64,000 nucleotides of DNA from Chloroflexota bacterium (GTDB lineage: Bacteria; Chloroflexota; UBA11872; VXOZ01): contig CAXXVD010000005.1 in assembly GCA_963662335.2 (NCBI GenBank), positions 192,001-256,000 of the forward strand, read 5' to 3'. How positions within the stretch are numbered: the first letter of the stretch is position 1; each line of letters begins with the position of its first letter. Made by a program: the position numbers and the translations under genes. The notes under the pieces were generated by a model. It saw nothing but the letters and a program-made list of their open reading frames with translations. It was not told the DNA's origin and did not search any database. Below, piece by piece: positions 9,450 through 18,997 of the stretch.

Positions 9450-9869
9450 CCTGTTCGGCACGCTGGTATGAAGAACTGCGCCGTATGCGCGACACCCGCG
9501 ACACGGTAACCCCAAGGCGACACGCGCCGCTCTCCGAGCTTGGGTGGCTGATGTAGCCGGCTTGGTTGCAGACGGCCGCTTGGCAAACACTCCCGCCGCA
9601 AAACCGCGCGACGGGGCCTCGACGAACTTGGCGGCTACGGCGCGCAGGTTTGCCGCACGTTGGAATCTTCTCAGCCCAGCCCGCTTGGCCTCTTGCCCGC
9701 CGGACTGGCGCGCGCCAATTCGACCGCGGATTTCACCGAACGAGTGGTTCGATGGTTACTGAATCATTAGCAATATCTGTGGAAGCACTGTTTGTCGTAT
9801 CTGATATGTTATGCTAAGCGGGGCGCAAACTGGAGTGAAATGTGAAGCCTATGAGGGGACAGGCCCGCA

Positions 9870-12800
9870 GTGGCGCGGCGGCATGTGCCAAGTCTATGGG
9901 CAAGGGTTGCGCTCGCGTCGCTGCTCGTGGGCGTCTCATTCTCTCAGACTGCGCGTGCCGATGGGACGGTAGTAATCAACGAGGTCTATCCGGACTACGC
10001 GGGCGGGCCGACAAGCTGGATTGAACTGCACAACACCAGTACTACAACGGCTGTCGAGTTAGATCTGTGGCAGCTTGTTTTGGGTACGGGTGAGGAAGAT
10101 CCCTACTATGACATACCATTTGGCACGTCGATTGCCCCCGATGGTTACTTAGTCTTCGATAGAAGCACTACACTGCTCGCTATCGCAGCGAGCGGCACTG
10201 TCCGTCTTGTCTCTTTAGACCTCGATACATTTGAATACAGTGACGTGGATAGCGTCGAATATTCGGTTTCTGAAGATGGAAGCTCGTATTCGCGGGTGCC
10301 GGATGGCTCGCCCACCTGGATAGCCGTGTCCACGCCCACCAAGGGCCAGTCAAACGGCAATCCCACGCCCACACCAACTCCCTCGCCAACGCTTACACCC
10401 ACACCCACATCAACGCCAACTCCCACACCGACACCGACACCGACGCCTACACCAACACCAACGCCAACTCCAACTCCCTCGCCAACGCCTACACCCACAC
10501 CCACATCAACGCCAACTCCCACACCGACGCCGACGCCTACACCAACGCCTACGCCAACTCCCGCACCTACGCCAACACCAACGCCTACGCCAACTCCCAC
10601 ACCGACACCCACCCCAACTCCAAGGCCCACTCCTACCCCAACACCCACTGCTACGCCGTCACCCTCACCGACCGCGACGCCTGTGCCAACCGCTACGCCA
10701 ATCTCTACACCTGTGCCAACTCCTACACCTGGTCACTCGCCTGAGCCCACGCCGTCGCCGATCCGCGTCCCTACCCCGACACCGACTCCCAAACCTACAC
10801 CAACTCCGACACAATCGCCCACGCCCACACCTACGCCTACACCAACACCCACGCCCACGCCTACATCAACACCTACTCCTACCCCAACACCTACTCCTAC
10901 ACCGACTCCCACTCCTACGCCTACACCAACTCCCACTCCAGAGCCTCCACCGGAAGGTTGCTCCCAGCATTTGGACTCCGGTATAGCCTTGAACGAAGTC
11001 TATTTCGGCAGTCCAACAAAGCGGGATGGCTGGGTAGAGCTATTCAACAGTGAATCTGCAAACGTGAACTTGGCTTGCTGGGGATTGGAATTAGTCGATG
11101 GCTCTGACAGACTCAAAAGCTCCTTTGCAAACGACGCTACGATCGAACCTAGAGGATTCTATGTCATAGCGGAGTGCACAGGTACGGTACCTCCAAGTGG
11201 TTGCCTAAAGTTCTCGACTTACCCAATTACAGATCCATCGGGGACTCCAGTACCTAGACCACTTCATCTCTTCGACTATCAAGGAATCAAGACCGACGAG
11301 GTCACGATCATTGAAAGCACCGGGTCAACGGGACTTGCAAGGATTCCAGATGGCAGCGGCGATTGGGCAGGTACTTCGGCATCTACCATTGGCCAGTCAA
11401 ACGAAACGCCGACACCTTTTCCGCCGCCGCCACCACCACCGCCACCACCCCCTCCAAAGCCCACGCCGAAGCGGCCCTTGCCGCAGAAACTGCGCATCAC
11501 GGAGATCTACTACGACGGCCAAGTGCCGCGCACTGAGGGTGACGAGTTCATCGAGATACAGAACCAGGGCGCGGCGGTGGCGCGCATGGGGCGCGTGCGC
11601 ATTCAGATACAGAGCGCCGCGGCCCGCAGCGCCGTGGCCTACGGCTTTCCCGCGGGCGCCACGCTCGCCCCGGGCGAAATCCTGGTCGTGGCCAAGAATG
11701 CCCGGCAATTCGCCGACCGCTTCGGTTCCGACCCAAGCTACGAGGCCCGCGCCACCGGGACCGGCTACGCGAATTCACCGGCGGTGCGCAATCTGGTGCA
11801 CGACCGCCGCGTATCGGGCCGCTCCTGGGCGCTGGCCAACACCGGCGCGACCGTCGCCCTGCTGGGTGACGACGGCATGGTGCTCGACGCCGTGGCCTAT
11901 GGGCATGATCCCGGCGGCGCTCTGGACCTGAAAGGAGAATTCCCGTCGGCGGCGGACGGCCAATCGCTGCGGCGCGACACGAACGGCGCAACCGACGCCC
12001 TCACGCCTGACGGCCTCCAGGCGGACGCGCCCTCGCCGGGGACAATTCCACCCACTCCCACGCCCACGCCGCGGCCGGTTCCTTCACCCACGCCCATGCC
12101 GTCGCCCACGCCTGCGCCCGTGCCCACACCGACTTCAACGCCTGTCCCCACGCCAACGGCGGAACCTACACCCGCGCCCACGCCATCACCAACTCCCGCG
12201 CCGACGCCCACCGCCGCGCCGCTGGCCGCAACGCCGCCTACGGCGACACCCACGCCCACGCCTATGCCAACGGCAGCGCCGCCCACTCCGCCGCCGCCAA
12301 CTCCGACCGTTGAAGCATTGGCGTGCCTGACGGACATTCCGCCCCACGAGCCGGCCCGGCGCGTGCGCGTTTCCGGCAGCGTGACGGAAACGCGGCGGCT
12401 GCCCGGCGAGACCCAGGTATTCATCGCTGACGAGTGCGGCGGGGCTATTCTCCATCTGCCGTTACAAGACGCGCCCCCGCCGGTGCATAGCCGCGTACGC
12501 TTCACCGCGCTCGGCGCCCGCAGCGAGACTCAAATCGACCTCTACCTGGATGCCGGCGCTACGCTCGCGCGCCTGCCGGCCGGGCCGCTCCCGCCGGCAA
12601 TGCCGTTTGACGATGCCATCGCCCGACGCGCCCCCAGCGGCACGCGGGTTTTCGCGCCCGGCGCGATCGTCCGGGCGCACGACAGTGCGGGAAACACCCG
12701 CTTTCGGGCTACGCCGAGCAACATCCTATTGGATGCCCGCACGCCGGCGGTTCCCGCCGGGGCCGTCGTCTTCTACGGCATCATCGAATGGCGCAGCGCG

Positions 12801-12995
12801 GGAGCTATTCTGCGCGTGCACTACGTCGCGCCGGCCGCGGCGCGGGCGCCGCCTTCTGCATCATCCCCAATAAGCGGGAAGATAATTGGCGCGGTCCTCC
12901 AGCACGCGCGCGACGCGCTCCGCCTCCTGCTCAGCCGCGCGGCAACGGGCGGACGAGCGAACGCTTTGCCTTTGGAAATAGAAGCGCGGCCATGA
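9870..12995 (+). CDS. Secreted lamin-tail-domain (LTD) protein: three LTDs, Pro/Thr linkers, C-terminal OB-fold-like region
   Basis: Signal peptide ending TARA|DG. LTD motifs VVINEV...WIELHN, IALNEV...WVELFN and LRITEI...EFIEIQN, each ending in TPTKG, STIG or PSPG. Long (PT)n tracts. Confidence 0.8.
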   Translation: MARRHVPSLWARVALASLLVGVSFSQTARADGTVVINEVYPDYAGGPTSWIELHNTSTTTAVELDLWQLVLGTGEEDPYYDIPFGTSIAPDGYLVFDRSTTLLAIAASGTVRLVSLDLDTFEYSDVDSVEYSVSEDGSSYSRVPDGSPTWIAVSTPTKGQSNGNPTPTPTPSPTLTPTPTSTPTPTPTPTPTPTPTPTPTPTPSPTPTPTPTSTPTPTPTPTPTPTPTPTPAPTPTPTPTPTPTPTPTPTPRPTPTPTPTATPSPSPTATPVPTATPISTPVPTPTPGHSPEPTPSPIRVPTPTPTPKPTPTPTQSPTPTPTPTPTPTPTPTSTPTPTPTPTPTPTPTPTPTPTPTPEPPPEGCSQHLDSGIALNEVYFGSPTKRDGWVELFNSESANVNLACWGLELVDGSDRLKSSFANDATIEPRGFYVIAECTGTVPPSGCLKFSTYPITDPSGTPVPRPLHLFDYQGIKTDEVTIIESTGSTGLARIPDGSGDWAGTSASTIGQSNETPTPFPPPPPPPPPPPPKPTPKRPLPQKLRITEIYYDGQVPRTEGDEFIEIQNQGAAVARMGRVRIQIQSAAARSAVAYGFPAGATLAPGEILVVAKNARQFADRFGSDPSYEARATGTGYANSPAVRNLVHDRRVSGRSWALANTGATVALLGDDGMVLDAVAYGHDPGGALDLKGEFPSAADGQSLRRDTNGATDALTPDGLQADAPSPGTIPPTPTPTPRPVPSPTPMPSPTPAPVPTPTSTPVPTPTAEPTPAPTPSPTPAPTPTAAPLAATPPTATPTPTPMPTAAPPTPPPPTPTVEALACLTDIPPHEPARRVRVSGSVTETRRLPGETQVFIADECGGAILHLPLQDAPPPVHSRVRFTALGARSETQIDLYLDAGATLARLPAGPLPPAMPFDDAIARRAPSGTRVFAPGAIVRAHDSAGNTRFRATPSNILLDARTPAVPAGAVVFYGIIEWRSAGAILRVHYVAPAAARAPPSASSPISGKIIGAVLQHARDALRLLLSRAATGGRANALPLEIEARP
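10362..10940 (+). repeat. Pro-Thr coding tandem repeat
   Basis: CCN-ACN hexamer repeats including a ~96-bp internal duplication (about 10374-10560). A second tract lies near 12049-12310. Confidence 0.9.
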
Positions 12996-13064
12996 CGCGG
13001 GAGAGCGAAGCAAGCAGTGGGGGGACTCGAGCGCCGCGCAAACGGGAACCTACGCTAGCCGCCT

Positions 13065-13207
13065 GAGACCCTTACATAACCCCTTGCGCCGCTCGATGGG
13101 GGAAGGCCGGGATGGGGGTGAAATAGCTTGGCAAGTTCCGCTTGTAACGTAACAAGCGCCTCTGGATTCCGGCTTGCGCCGGAATGACGGAATCATGCAA
13201 AGGTCCC
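13065..13207. mobile_element. Putative MITE (143 bp) with IS5/IS1106-like inverted ends enclosing REP palindromes
   Basis: Left end GAGACCCTTACATAA versus reverse complement of right end GGGACCTTTGCATGA (11/15). Internal TGGATTCCGGCTTGCGCCGGAATGAC and GGGGGAAGGCCGGGATGGGGGTG. Abuts the stop codon at 13208. Confidence 0.6.
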
Positions 13208-13954
13208 TCAAGGGGAAAGCAGCCGCCTGGCGTTGCCGCGCGCAATCGCTTCTTTGCCGGCCGCGGAAACCTCCGCCATCTCCAGCTTGGCGATGCCGCA
13301 CGCCGGATACTGCAGCGGCATGCCTGTGCCCAGCAGCACGCGGTCTGCGCCGGCGCGGGACACTACCTGCGCGATTGCGCCCAGGCCTTGCAGGCATGAA
13401 GTTTCCAGCCACACGTTGGGGTGCGCATTGGCCAGGCGAATGCCGTGCCACGCTTCCGCGCCGTAGTTCAAGCCGTGCAACACGAATTGCACGCCGGGCT
13501 GCTGCGAAATGAGGTCCTCGAACGCCTCTACCGCGGCAACCGGGAACGACCAGTCCATGATGGCGCGCATGACCAACGTCACCACCAAGCCATGGGACTG
13601 GGCCGCGGCGCAGAGCGGCGCAAGCTGGGCCGGCAAGGTGTTGTGGTGGTGGCTGGGATAGCAGCGCACGCCCTTGGCGCCGGCAGCCGCATACTCTCCC
13701 AGTAGTTCGGCCTCGCCGCCTTGCGTGCTGTCGATGGTGACGAACGGCACGAGCCGGCCGCCGGACTCCGCTGCCGCCTCGAGAATCTCAGCGTTCCCCA
13801 GCCGCCAGTCGCTCTCCAGCGCGCGCGTAGAGCCCACCACCGCCCGCTCGATGCCGTGCGCGTCCATGAGCGCCAGCACGTCGGCCGCGGTGCGCTGCTG
13901 CAGGGGCCAGTAGCCCCACGCGCCGAGAAAACCGGAGAAGTCCCAGACCGTCAT
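13208..13954 (-). CDS. Amidohydrolase_2 family protein (atypical metal motif)
   Basis: MDAHGIERAVV, GAKGVRCYP, PNVWLETS, GADRVLLGTGMP and IARGNARRLL. The N-terminal DxHxH is replaced by DFSGF. Confidence 0.8.
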   Translation of the reverse strand: MTVWDFSGFLGAWGYWPLQQRTAADVLALMDAHGIERAVVGSTRALESDWRLGNAEILEAAAESGGRLVPFVTIDSTQGGEAELLGEYAAAGAKGVRCYPSHHHNTLPAQLAPLCAAAQSHGLVVTLVMRAIMDWSFPVAAVEAFEDLISQQPGVQFVLHGLNYGAEAWHGIRLANAHPNVWLETSCLQGLGAIAQVVSRAGADRVLLGTGMPLQYPACGIAKLEMAEVSAAGKEAIARGNARRLLSP

Positions 13955-13979
13955 CGTGTGTGCCGTTCCTCTCCCGCCG

Positions 13980-14717
13980 CTACGGCCCGAGCCGCAGCAG
14001 CCGCGCCATGTTGCCGCCGAATATCAGGTCTTTGTCCGCCTGGCTGATGGCGGCTCCGCTCACCCGCGCCATCTGCACGCTCACCTCCAGCAGCGGCATG
14101 TCCGTGCCAAAGATGACCCGCTCCGGGCCGATGCGCTCGAGCGTGTACTCCAGCGAGCCGTTGTTCACCGCGCTGCTGGCGGTTTCCAGCAAGAGCGACG
14201 GATGGCGTTCCGCGGCCTGCACCGCGCGCAGCCAGTCGCCCCGCGCCAGGGCCGTATTGCCGGAGTGGGCCATCATCAGAAACGCCTCCGGCACCCGCGC
14301 GGCCATCACTTCGCACTCTTCGGCGGTGGAATGCGCCAGGATCGGCATCCGGTGCGCGGCCGCGCGTTCGAGCACGGGAAAGACCGACGGGCGCACCAGC
14401 GGCGTCATCGGGTACGAATAGATCTTGATGCCGCGCATCCCGAATTCTTCCACGCAGCGGTCGATCTCTTCCAACGCGCCGTTGTCGAAGTTCATCGTGG
14501 GGATGCTGACGTACCCGAGAACTCTGTCCGGGTGTTGGCGCAGCGCCTTGCCCAACGTGTCGTTCCCCTCGCGCATGTCGTGGATGAGAGCCGTGAAATC
14601 CGTGACGAACAGCTTGTCGATGCCGTTGTCATCGGCCAGCCGCAGCAGGTCGTCGATAGTGGCGCTGAAGTTATAGGCCGTGGAAACGCCCACGTGCACG
14701 TGCGCATCGATGATCAT
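13980..14717 (-). CDS. Amidohydrolase_2 family protein
   Basis: IIDAHVH, MMAHSG, GPERVIFGTDMP, IFGGNMARLL. Confidence 0.88.
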   Translation of the reverse strand: MIIDAHVHVGVSTAYNFSATIDDLLRLADDNGIDKLFVTDFTALIHDMREGNDTLGKALRQHPDRVLGYVSIPTMNFDNGALEEIDRCVEEFGMRGIKIYSYPMTPLVRPSVFPVLERAAAHRMPILAHSTAEECEVMAARVPEAFLMMAHSGNTALARGDWLRAVQAAERHPSLLLETASSAVNNGSLEYTLERIGPERVIFGTDMPLLEVSVQMARVSGAAISQADKDLIFGGNMARLLRLGP

Positions 14718-14903
14718 TGGCGTCCGCTCCTTGTGTTCGGTAGGCTAGCAGAGCGCGCGGCCGCGCGCAAACGCGCCTCGGCGTGGAATTCTTGTATACT
14801 AGGCTTCAAGCCTCTCGCGGGCTCTATACTGGCGAAGGATCGCATCGGCCCGCGCGGGGAGCCCACGCGGATTAGTCAAGTTTGAGAAAGGCGGCGGAAA
14901 GCC

Positions 14904-15722
14904 ATGAAGAAAGCGGTTTGCGGTAACAGTTTCGGCCGGGACGTCTCGCTGTTCGACGCGATGACAATGGCGAAAGAGGCGGGCTTCGAGGGCATCGAAC
15001 CGGGCCTGACGCTGGAAGGAATACTTACCACGGAATCCTCTGACGACGACCTCCGGCGGCTGCGCGACCACGCGGAGAAGACGGTGGAAATTCATGGCCT
15101 GATGGGCGGACCGGCCATTCGCAGCGCGCCGCTCACCACGCTGGATGAGGCGCAATTGCGGCAGGGCGTGGAGAACATCGCCAAGGCCCTGCGCATCGTG
15201 AAGGCGCTGGGCGGCACGAGCCTACTGGTCGTCCCGGGCACGGTGAGCGAGAGCGTGCGCTACGACGTCGCGCTGGAAGGCACGCTGGCAGGCCTGAAGC
15301 AAGTCGCGCCCATAGCGGAAGATCTTCAAGTTCACGTGGCGGTGGAAAACGTGTGGAATAAGTTCCTGCTCTCGCCGGTGGAGATGCGCAACCTGCTCGA
15401 CGAAGTGAACAGCCCGTACGTCGGCTGCTATTTCGACGTGGGCAACTTCCTGGGCTGGGCCATTCCCCAGCACTGGATCGAGATTCTCGCCCACCGCATC
15501 AAGAAGGTGCACGTGAAGGACTTCAAAGTGCAGGTAGGCAACATGGACGGCTTCGTGACGCTCCTGCAAGGGGACGTGGACTGGGTAGCGGTGCGCAAGG
15601 CACTGGGCGCCGTCGGCTACGACAGCTATCTATCGGCGGAGATACCGCTGCACCCGGTGTTTCCGGAGAAGAGCCTGCTGGACATCAGCACGAGCTTGGA
15701 TACGATCATCGCCAGCGCGTAG
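14904..15722 (+). CDS. Sugar phosphate isomerase/epimerase (xylose-isomerase-like TIM barrel)
   Basis: AGFEGIE, VAVENVWNKFLLSPVE, YFDVGN, VHVKDF. Confidence 0.88.
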   Translation: MKKAVCGNSFGRDVSLFDAMTMAKEAGFEGIEPGLTLEGILTTESSDDDLRRLRDHAEKTVEIHGLMGGPAIRSAPLTTLDEAQLRQGVENIAKALRIVKALGGTSLLVVPGTVSESVRYDVALEGTLAGLKQVAPIAEDLQVHVAVENVWNKFLLSPVEMRNLLDEVNSPYVGCYFDVGNFLGWAIPQHWIEILAHRIKKVHVKDFKVQVGNMDGFVTLLQGDVDWVAVRKALGAVGYDSYLSAEIPLHPVFPEKSLLDISTSLDTIIASA

Positions 15723-15884
15723 CGGGCGCTCATGGCCCCACTCCGGCCTGAGGCGGTACGTAACGACCAGTTGTCTCTCGAAGTTCCGCTTGGGGCCGCG
15801 GGCGGGCCGTATCTACCAGCGAGTCTGCGGCGGCTGCAGGCCCTCTAGCGGGATCCGGGACTCTTGTGATGTCCTCGCAGAGTG

Positions 15885-16262
15885 CTAGCGGCTCAACGCG
15901 CCCATTTTCTGAACGAGCAACTCAATTCGCTCTATGCCGTCCTGCACGAATTCATCCGTCTGCCAGTCCTCATAGAAGTTCTGGTGCATCGAATTCGCCA
16001 CTTGAAAGAGAGCCAGGAACTCGGAGTCGTCTGCCTCGCGGGAGATCCGACTGACGACGTGAAAGAGCCGAGCGTGAGAATCGTGTCGCCAGCCTCTCTG
16101 CTCGGCGGCGGCTTTCACGGCGTGTGCGGCCGCACCCCAAGCCTTCTCAGACGCCTGAAGCCGGTCACCCTTATCGAACTCTTCCTGCGCCTGGCGGATG
16201 AGCCGCCGGCTCAAGGCCGTGTACTTGTCCACGTTCCCGTTTCTGCTCCCAGCTGAAAGCAT
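15885..16262 (-). CDS. PaREP1-family (HEPN-like) protein
   Basis: GDRLQASEKAWGAAAHAVKA and ANSMHQNFYE motifs. The start may be GTG 16232. Confidence 0.8.
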   Translation of the reverse strand: MLSAGSRNGNVDKYTALSRRLIRQAQEEFDKGDRLQASEKAWGAAAHAVKAAAEQRGWRHDSHARLFHVVSRISREADDSEFLALFQVANSMHQNFYEDWQTDEFVQDGIERIELLVQKMGALSR

Positions 16263-16428
16263 TTTCAGCGCTCCCTACGTTGCGATATTGCGCCAGCGCC
16301 GCAAGGAACCAACCAGCGCTCCAGTCTATGGCCATATGGTATCGCGACGGCCGGCGGCTATAGCTGCCCCAAGTATACCGCACTCTCTAAATGACCACAG
16401 CGCGCCGCCAACTGAAGGATTTAGGAAG

Positions 16429-16812
16429 CTACTGCGCCCGGATCACGTTCCCTTCCGGGTCGAGTTCCACCTGGCGAAACGCCTTTCCTGCCCGGAATGA
16501 TTGGCACTGGTTCTCCGGCGCGTCGTCCACCGGCCGGCGGGGGTTGTGCACAATGTCGGCCGCCCAGCCGTTCATTAGATCTTCTGCAAGACACGGCCCG
16601 GACGAGAAGTCCATGCCATCCGCCTTCTGCTGCGCATAGACTTCCTGAGCCAGGGCGATGGCGCGCTCGCGTTCCGCCACCACGTCCGCGCCGGAACTCG
16701 CCAGGCGCACGAGCACGACGATGAAGAGAATCACGAGCAGGAACGCCACCACCAGCGGCAGCACGCGAAAGCGCATGATGTCGCCCAGCGCGGCTCGACC
16801 CTGGCCCCGCAC
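16429..16812 (-). CDS. Small membrane-anchored hypothetical protein with two conserved-looking Cys
   Basis: N-terminal TM helix and DFSSGPCL...WAADIVHNPR...PENQCQSFRAG...VELD. The GTG overlaps the sulfatase stop; alternative ATG at 16776. Confidence 0.7.
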   Translation of the reverse strand: MRGQGRAALGDIMRFRVLPLVVAFLLVILFIVVLVRLASSGADVVAERERAIALAQEVYAQQKADGMDFSSGPCLAEDLMNGWAADIVHNPRRPVDDAPENQCQSFRAGKAFRQVELDPEGNVIRAQ

Positions 16813-18380
16813 TATTCTTCCCCGCCGACGAAGCGGTAGTTGCGCAGTTGCGCGCGCTGGCGGGCGTCAACCGGGTAGTTTGCCGTCCATCTGGCGTATT
16901 GCCAGCCGCGCCCCACGCGCTCCTTGTTCTCCATCTCATCCAGACGGATCCAGGCGTGGCTCGGCTGCGGGAAGAGCGCCCAATCGTCCCCGTCCAACGG
17001 CGCGGTGTACCCCGCCAAACGGAAGTGCGCAAAGAGGGCGTCCTTCAATTCCCGCTTTACGTCGGCAAGACCCGGCTCGTGGGCGTGATTCACCAACTCG
17101 CCGCCGCCTTCGACTGAAAGTCGGCCGCCGTCGCGGTAATTCAGCAGTATCTCCAGGCGGTCCGGCGCGCAGTAGATGTACTTCCACTCTGCATTCATGG
17201 CGCAGTACATGCCAAGATTCTTCTCTTTGATTTGCCCAAAGAGATACGGCTTCCCCGGCGCATCCTCACAGCGGGCCGCGTCCAGCAGCGGCGCGCCGTC
17301 AAATTCGCTCCGTTCAGTTTCCACGCCCGCGGCGGCCAGCATGGTAGGGGTAACGTCTTGCAAGCCCGCCAGGTGTTCGCGCGCCACGCCCTGCGGCAGC
17401 GCGTCCGGCCACGAGACGACGTAGGGAATATGGCAGGCCGGTTCATGGAAATTGCGCTTGCCGAACGCATAGTGATCCCCAAGAAACTCACCGTGGTCGG
17501 CCACGAACATGATCAACGTATTTTCGCGCTGGTTCGTCTCCTCCAATGCCTCCAGAATCTCGCCGACCCAACTATCCACGAACGATACGCACGCAAAGTA
17601 GTAGGCCTTCATCGTGCGCAGCAGGTTGTCATCGGGAAAGAGGTCCATCCACTTGCTGCGGTTCTGGCTGCGCTGGAACCACGTGTGCCAGGCAATCTCG
17701 CCTTTGCTCCGCACCGGCAGCGGCATGTCGGTGCTGCGGTAGAGCCGGTGCCACGGTGACGGCGGATCGAAAGGTGGATGCGGTTTGATGAACGACGTCC
17801 AGCAGAAGAACGGCGCGTTTGCATGGGCGCGTTCCTCAATGAAGTCGATGGTGCGTTGCGCCGTCCACGCGGTGGTGTGCAGGCGCTCCGGCAGTTGTGA
17901 AATTTGCGGGATGTAGTAGAGTTCGTGCCGGATGCCGTGCGGCTCTTCCACATGGCCGTAGCCGGCCGCCAGCACGTCTTGCAGGAACTCGTCGTCTGCC
18001 ACCCGGCGGGGAACCTCCTCGCTCAGCCACATGCGGTCGAAGCCGTGCCCCTCGCGCACCGGCGAGAAGTGCATCTTGCCGATCGCCTGTGTGAAGTATC
18101 CGGCCGCGCGCAGCCTGGACATCAGCGTCGGGTGATCCGCGGGCAGCGGGTACCCGTTATCGAAGCTGCCGGTGCGGTGCGGCAGTTGGCCGGTCATGCA
18201 AATCGCCCGCGCCGAGACGCAGACCGGCGACTCCGTGTAGCCGTACGCGAAGCGCACGCCCTCGGCGCAGAGCCGGTCGAGGTTCGGCGTCTGGACGTGC
18301 GGGTTGCCATAGGCGCGCAGCGCGTCGAAGCGCAACTGGTCGCACATGATGAGCAGTAGATTTGGTCGAGACTTGGACAC
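16812..18380 (-). CDS. Sulfatase (choline-sulfatase/arylsulfatase-like)
   Basis: PNLLLIMCDQLR, TPNLDRL, ESPVCVSAR...TG, GKMH, SFIKPHPPF and ADHGE. GTG start 18380 follows a GGGG SD. Confidence 0.9.
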   Translation of the reverse strand: MSKSRPNLLLIMCDQLRFDALRAYGNPHVQTPNLDRLCAEGVRFAYGYTESPVCVSARAICMTGQLPHRTGSFDNGYPLPADHPTLMSRLRAAGYFTQAIGKMHFSPVREGHGFDRMWLSEEVPRRVADDEFLQDVLAAGYGHVEEPHGIRHELYYIPQISQLPERLHTTAWTAQRTIDFIEERAHANAPFFCWTSFIKPHPPFDPPSPWHRLYRSTDMPLPVRSKGEIAWHTWFQRSQNRSKWMDLFPDDNLLRTMKAYYFACVSFVDSWVGEILEALEETNQRENTLIMFVADHGEFLGDHYAFGKRNFHEPACHIPYVVSWPDALPQGVAREHLAGLQDVTPTMLAAAGVETERSEFDGAPLLDAARCEDAPGKPYLFGQIKEKNLGMYCAMNAEWKYIYCAPDRLEILLNYRDGGRLSVEGGGELVNHAHEPGLADVKRELKDALFAHFRLAGYTAPLDGDDWALFPQPSHAWIRLDEMENKERVGRGWQYARWTANYPVDARQRAQLRNYRFVGGEE

Positions 18381-18691
18381 TAGCCGTCCCCTTTCAAGAA
18401 GCCGAGGCCTGTTAATGCGCCGCGCCAGCACAGGAACGCATGCGCAGTTTCGGCGCTGCTCCCATCTCTCCGTGACCGGGCGGCGCGCGGCTTCTTCAGG
18501 TAAGAAGCCCCGACGCCACGTCACTCCGCCGGAGAGAGTTGCCAGGCAATGCCGGACTATGTTAACTTACGTGGCGCTGCGCAGCCGCGCGTTTTCGCGG
18601 TCTGCCACGGCCGGGAACGAACGCATGAGCAGAAGCATTGTACCGGGTTTTCGCGCTCGCCATTGAACCACGGCAGCGCTGCGTCGGTTGC

Positions 18692-18719
18692 TTGCATCTT
18701 GCGCGGGCATCGGTATAAT
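18692..18719 (+). promoter_or_regulatory. Putative promoter of the ACIII cluster
   Basis: TTGCAT-N16-TATAAT about 280 nt upstream of actA. Confidence 0.45.
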
Positions 18720-18997
18720 AGACCGAGAAGCGCCGGAAGGCGAAAGAACGAATTGTCTGCCAGTTAGTGTAGTCCAGTTGCCGTAACGCTTGCCAGTTAC
18801 TCGAGAAAGCACCAATTCGTGACAGAGCGGACATACCAGAGACGGCCACACCACGATTACCCTGGCGCCTCGCCAGGGAGTTTAATGTCCACTATCACCT
18901 TGCAGGCGCGCGCACGCGCGCGCGGCCTGTACGTCTTCTCCGTTGATTTGGGACAATCCCTCTCGGCGAACGCTTGTCGTATTCGAGGAGACCGGGC

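Noticed and set aside
10145-10936. Poly-(Gly-Val) ORFs on the minus strand
   Set aside because: Reverse-complement reading of the Pro-Thr repeat.
9960-11403. Diversity-generating retroelement acting on the LTD domains
   Set aside because: No reverse transcriptase and no TR/VR pair differing only at adenines. The domains are divergent throughout.
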